Position numbers and translations under genes: made by a program
Shown: piece by piece, positions 60,812 to 64,000 of the stretch
Layout: every line of letters starts with the position of its first letter
Numbering within the stretch: position 1 is the stretch's first letter
Notes under the pieces: model-generated
What the model was told of the DNA's origin: nothing
The model's input: only the letters and a program-made list of their open reading frames with translations
Databases searched by the model: none
Assembly: GCA_963808625.1 (NCBI GenBank)
Contig: CAWEHK010000050.1
Location: 1-64,000, forward strand
From: an uncultured delta proteobacterium
GTDB lineage: Bacteria; Desulfobacterota; Syntrophobacteria; Syntrophobacterales; Syntrophobacteraceae
Length of the DNA: 64,000 bases
Reading direction: 5' to 3'

Positions 60812-63737
60812 TCAAGGGCCAAGGGCAACGGACCTGGAGAGGCGAAAGCCCAAGTCGTAGTCGCGGACGCCGGGCGTGCCGTAGCCGCGAAACGCCGACC
60901 GGCAGTACTGCGCATCGTGGTTCCAGCCGCCGCCGCGGAACACCCGGCGGGAGCCCCGTGGGTAATCGGTCCAGGCACGCCCGTCATCAGGCGCCCCGTT
61001 CGTAATTGTCATGCCAGTCATCTTCCGTCCACTCCCAGACATTGCCGTGCATGTCGTGGAGCCCGAAGCCATTCGCCGGAAATGAGCCCACCGGAGCGGT
61101 CTTCTTGCCACCCCACTCACTGCCGCAATCAGAGCAGTTGGCCCAGACCTTGCCGTCCTGATTGACGTCGTCTCCCCACCAGTAATTCGTCGTAGTGCCC
61201 GCGCGCGCCGCATACTCCCACTCGGCCTCGGTCGGGAGCCGAAAGGGTTTCCCCGTCACCCTGGATAGCCATTCAGCATAGGCTTTTGCATCGTCCCAGC
61301 TCACGTTGATCACAGGCCGCGAGCCGCGCCCCCAATTTTGGTCAGATGGAACCTCAAAGCCAACCGAATCCAAAACAAATACCGAGTATTCTTCGAAAGT
61401 TACCTCGTATTTGCCGATCTCAAAGGGTTGGATGGTGACGGAATGTCGCGGGCATTCACTACTTGACGAGCTTCTGGCATCTTTGGCATCACAGTCGGAC
61501 TCCCCCATCTCAAAGGCGCCCCCAGGCAATTTAACCATCGGCGGACCATCATAGAGACTGATTTTGGCAAGCATCCAAATGCGCAGCACGTTCCAGCTCA
61601 TCGCCCGGTTTTGCAGCCAGATGTGCACACTCCCAATGCCGACAACGAGCACAACCAGAGCCAGCAAAGCGCCCCAGAGCCTTTGCCGCCGCACCGCCGC
61701 ACCCATAAAGCGCCCGACGAGCCCGGCATCATCTCCTCGCGAGCAGGTCGGCTGGACCTTACGGTATTGCTTGAGCGTGGCCCGATCCGGCAGATACCTG
61801 AAAGGGGGCGCCCCTGCTTCCTGCCAGTCCGACGCCGCCCGGATCAGCCTGCGGCAGGCTCGAAGCTCTGCGGCGTGCGCCTCAATCCACCGGGAGAGGC
61901 GCTGCCAGGCGCTGAACACGGCCTCGTGCGCCACTTCGAGAGTGGGATTGTCAGCACGGTCCTTGTCCGTTACCAGGATTCTGGCCTCCACCAGCGCATC
62001 CACCAGCCGGGACCTGGCCGCGTCCTTGCGGATCGGGTCGAGGGATGCCCGCCGGCGGGTCGCAACGCCCTGATCATTGACTTCGACCAGGTCCGCGAAC
62101 AGTTCGTGCACTACCCGATCGTCGCTCTGGCCAAGCCGCTGGACCGCCCTTTCCGCCTGCGCTTGAATGGCGCCGGCAACGCCACTCTCGGCGTCATCAC
62201 CGAGCGATTCATAGTCCTGCAGGGTCATCCGCCGGGGATCTTTGCGGCGCTCATAGACCTCGTGGAGGGCAAAAGCCATCAGCGCCAAAGCTCCCGGGCC
62301 ACTGCCGGTATCCTTCAGGACCCGGTCACACAGGTCATCACCGATCTCCAGTCCGGCGGCGTGGGCCGGTCGGCGAATCATCTCGGCAAGCGCCCAGGGA
62401 CCCGGTGCAGAAAGGGAAAAGAACCCGCGTCCGCGAAAAAGCTCGGCCAAAACCGGTATCTCGAGGGCCCTGGCCAGGAACTCCACCCGCATGGTGACCA
62501 GCACCCGGACTTTATGAGTCCTGACAACCGTATCGATGAACTCAATGAACGCTGCTCGCTCAGCGTCGGGAACCAGGGTGAAGAGCTCCTCGAACTGGTC
62601 AATAACCAGCAGCAGTTCTGCGACTGGGGGACGAGCGCTCAGGAGGTTGCCCACGCAGGAAGCGAAACCGTCAGGCTTTGCTCGGAGGTCCTGGGCAAGC
62701 TCGGTCTCGCGCCGGCCGGTCGCGCCAAGCTTGGCTTTAAGAGCATAAGCCAGGGCGAGAAAGGGATCGTTGCCACGCTCACCGGGTTTGAAGGAGATGT
62801 CGACCCAGTGAGCGCTGCCCGGCAAGGCCCCGGCCCGCAGGCACGGGATGAGCCCGGCCGCCACCACCGAGGATTTGCCCGAACCGGATGCGCCGACAAC
62901 GCTGACGAAGCGGATTCCCGGGTCCCGCAGGACCTCCAGGAGTTGGTCGACTTCCTTTCCCCGTCCAAAAAAGATAGGCGCCTGCTCGGGTTTAAACGCT
63001 TCCAGGCCGGGATAGGGCGTTCCCGTCCAACGGAGGCGCTCCTCGATCTCCTGTTCCTGTGGGAGAGCCGATCTTAGTCCAGGGACAGAAGATTCTTCCA
63101 GAAACCTCGTGAGATGGTCCCGCAGGTGCTGCTCGAACTGCCGGCGGAATTCATCGGGCGCCTGGTAGTGGTTGACCCCGCCCGTCAGCGAGCCATCCTC
63201 ACCCATCAGCGTCTGGAAAAAAGACTTGACCTTTTGCCACTGAAGGAGCTTGTCTTCATACTCCGGATCGTCAAAGCTCGGAGCCGGAGTCTGTTTCCGC
63301 CGGTACAGCCAGACCGCAGGCCGCCCGGAGTTCCTTGCCGCCTGGATGGCGTCATGATACTCCCACTCGGTGCCCGAGAGATAGGCGGTGCCATCGGGCT
63401 TCGTATAGTCGGCCGGCAAGGGCGTACCGATTCGCGACCAGAAGATGACCACAACAAGGTCGCATTCGCACGGTTTGGGAAGGCCTCTCTTGATCGCCTC
63501 CTGGGGCGTGAGGCCGGCTTCCATCGCCACCTCGACGCCCGGCTGGTCCCAGGCGATGCACTCCAGGTGGACACGCTCCCGAAAAGCCCGCTCGGCGCGA
63601 ACCTGATCGATGACTTCCCGGGCAAGCATCCGCTCATGCTGAACATCTCCGGGCGAAGCCAGGAAGACTCTGAAGATGATGGGCTGAACGCGCGTCCGTT
63701 CGCCCTCGACAGCCCCATTTATCAGACCTGCAACCAT
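60812..63737 (-). CDS. DUF4062-like / STAND (nSTAND1-like) NTPase / TM / FGE-sulfatase (CLec-fold) protein; frameshift near 60999
   Basis: RVFLASPGDV...SGTEWEY; PYPGLEAF, FFGR, VGASGSGKSS, LVIDQFEELF, EVAHEA; TM helix LWGALLALVVLVVGIGSV; KYEVTFEEY, RLPTEAEWEYAARAG, GLHDMHGNVWEW, RVFRGGGW...LGFRL. Confidence 0.9.
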
Positions 63738-63904
63738 GGTATGTTCTCTGTCAAACTGACCGTTTTGGAAGCTTACTAGTCCATGGACCTGACTACCGAA
63801 ATAACCGCAGTTCCTTGAAGTATCTGTAAATATCGGGTGGGATTTCTTCCTTGTCAAAGAAAAAACAGAGGCAGTCCCTACTTTGCCGCAGAAAGAAGAA
63901 TATT

Positions 63905-64000
63905 AAGAGACCATCTCAAGACTGGCTTACCCCGTCACCCCGGCGGAAGCCTGGGTCCAAAATACCCAGGAAGACCTGGATTCCGGCTTTCGCCGGAATG
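63905..64000. repeat. Palindromic GTCACCCCGGC...CTGGATTCCGGC repeat, possibly a MITE end, cut by the window edge
   Basis: cgtcaccccggcggaagcctgggtcc ... ctggattccggctttcgccggaatg; same family as the internal units at ~35122 and ~59944. Confidence 0.6.

Noticed and set aside
1..64000. A complete DGR (RT, avd, template repeat) in this window
   Set aside because: No ORF with RT motifs (YxDD in an RT context) and no AAC-rich template copy of either candidate VR was found; only target-side signatures are reported.

Overview
Bacterial chromosomal window with gene content typical of an anaerobic Desulfobacterota (Syntrophobacterales-like) genome; the taxonomy is an inference from gene content. The backbone is housekeeping: dnaK-cbpA, rluB-trpS-S2P protease-CCA enzyme-xerD, a two-subunit pyruvate-carboxylase-like pair, tRNA-Trp, tRNA-His, selB, an acyl-CoA carboxyltransferase, holC-dnaE and degP. 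Four accessory patches interrupt it: (i) 7-15 kb, with an AAA-DUF4143 ATPase, a Fic protein, a ~1260-aa secreted DUF1566/lipase/FN3/PKD protein and a HigBA-like TA pair between duplicated leaders; (ii) 16-21.5 kb, a partly AT-richer GNAT/formyltransferase/radical SAM/Mur-ligase cluster; (iii) 52.1-54.5 kb, a 2.3-kb insert bounded by 80-bp direct repeats that carries attC-like sites, a Phd/RelE TA pair and a DNA methyltransferase relic; (iv) 60.8-63.7 kb, a DUF4062-STAND-TM-FGE(CLec) protein. The most interesting signal is two unrelated C-type-lectin-fold domains (FGE-sulfatase and DUF1566) that both look like diversity-generating retroelement variable regions: NNY codons at the usual variable positions, followed by IMH-like short repeats. 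No reverse transcriptase or template repeat is in the window, so they are candidate remote DGR targets, and one VR is internal and read through in frame. Many genes carry single-base frameshifts, most likely uncorrected long-read indels. No CRISPR array or rRNA was seen.
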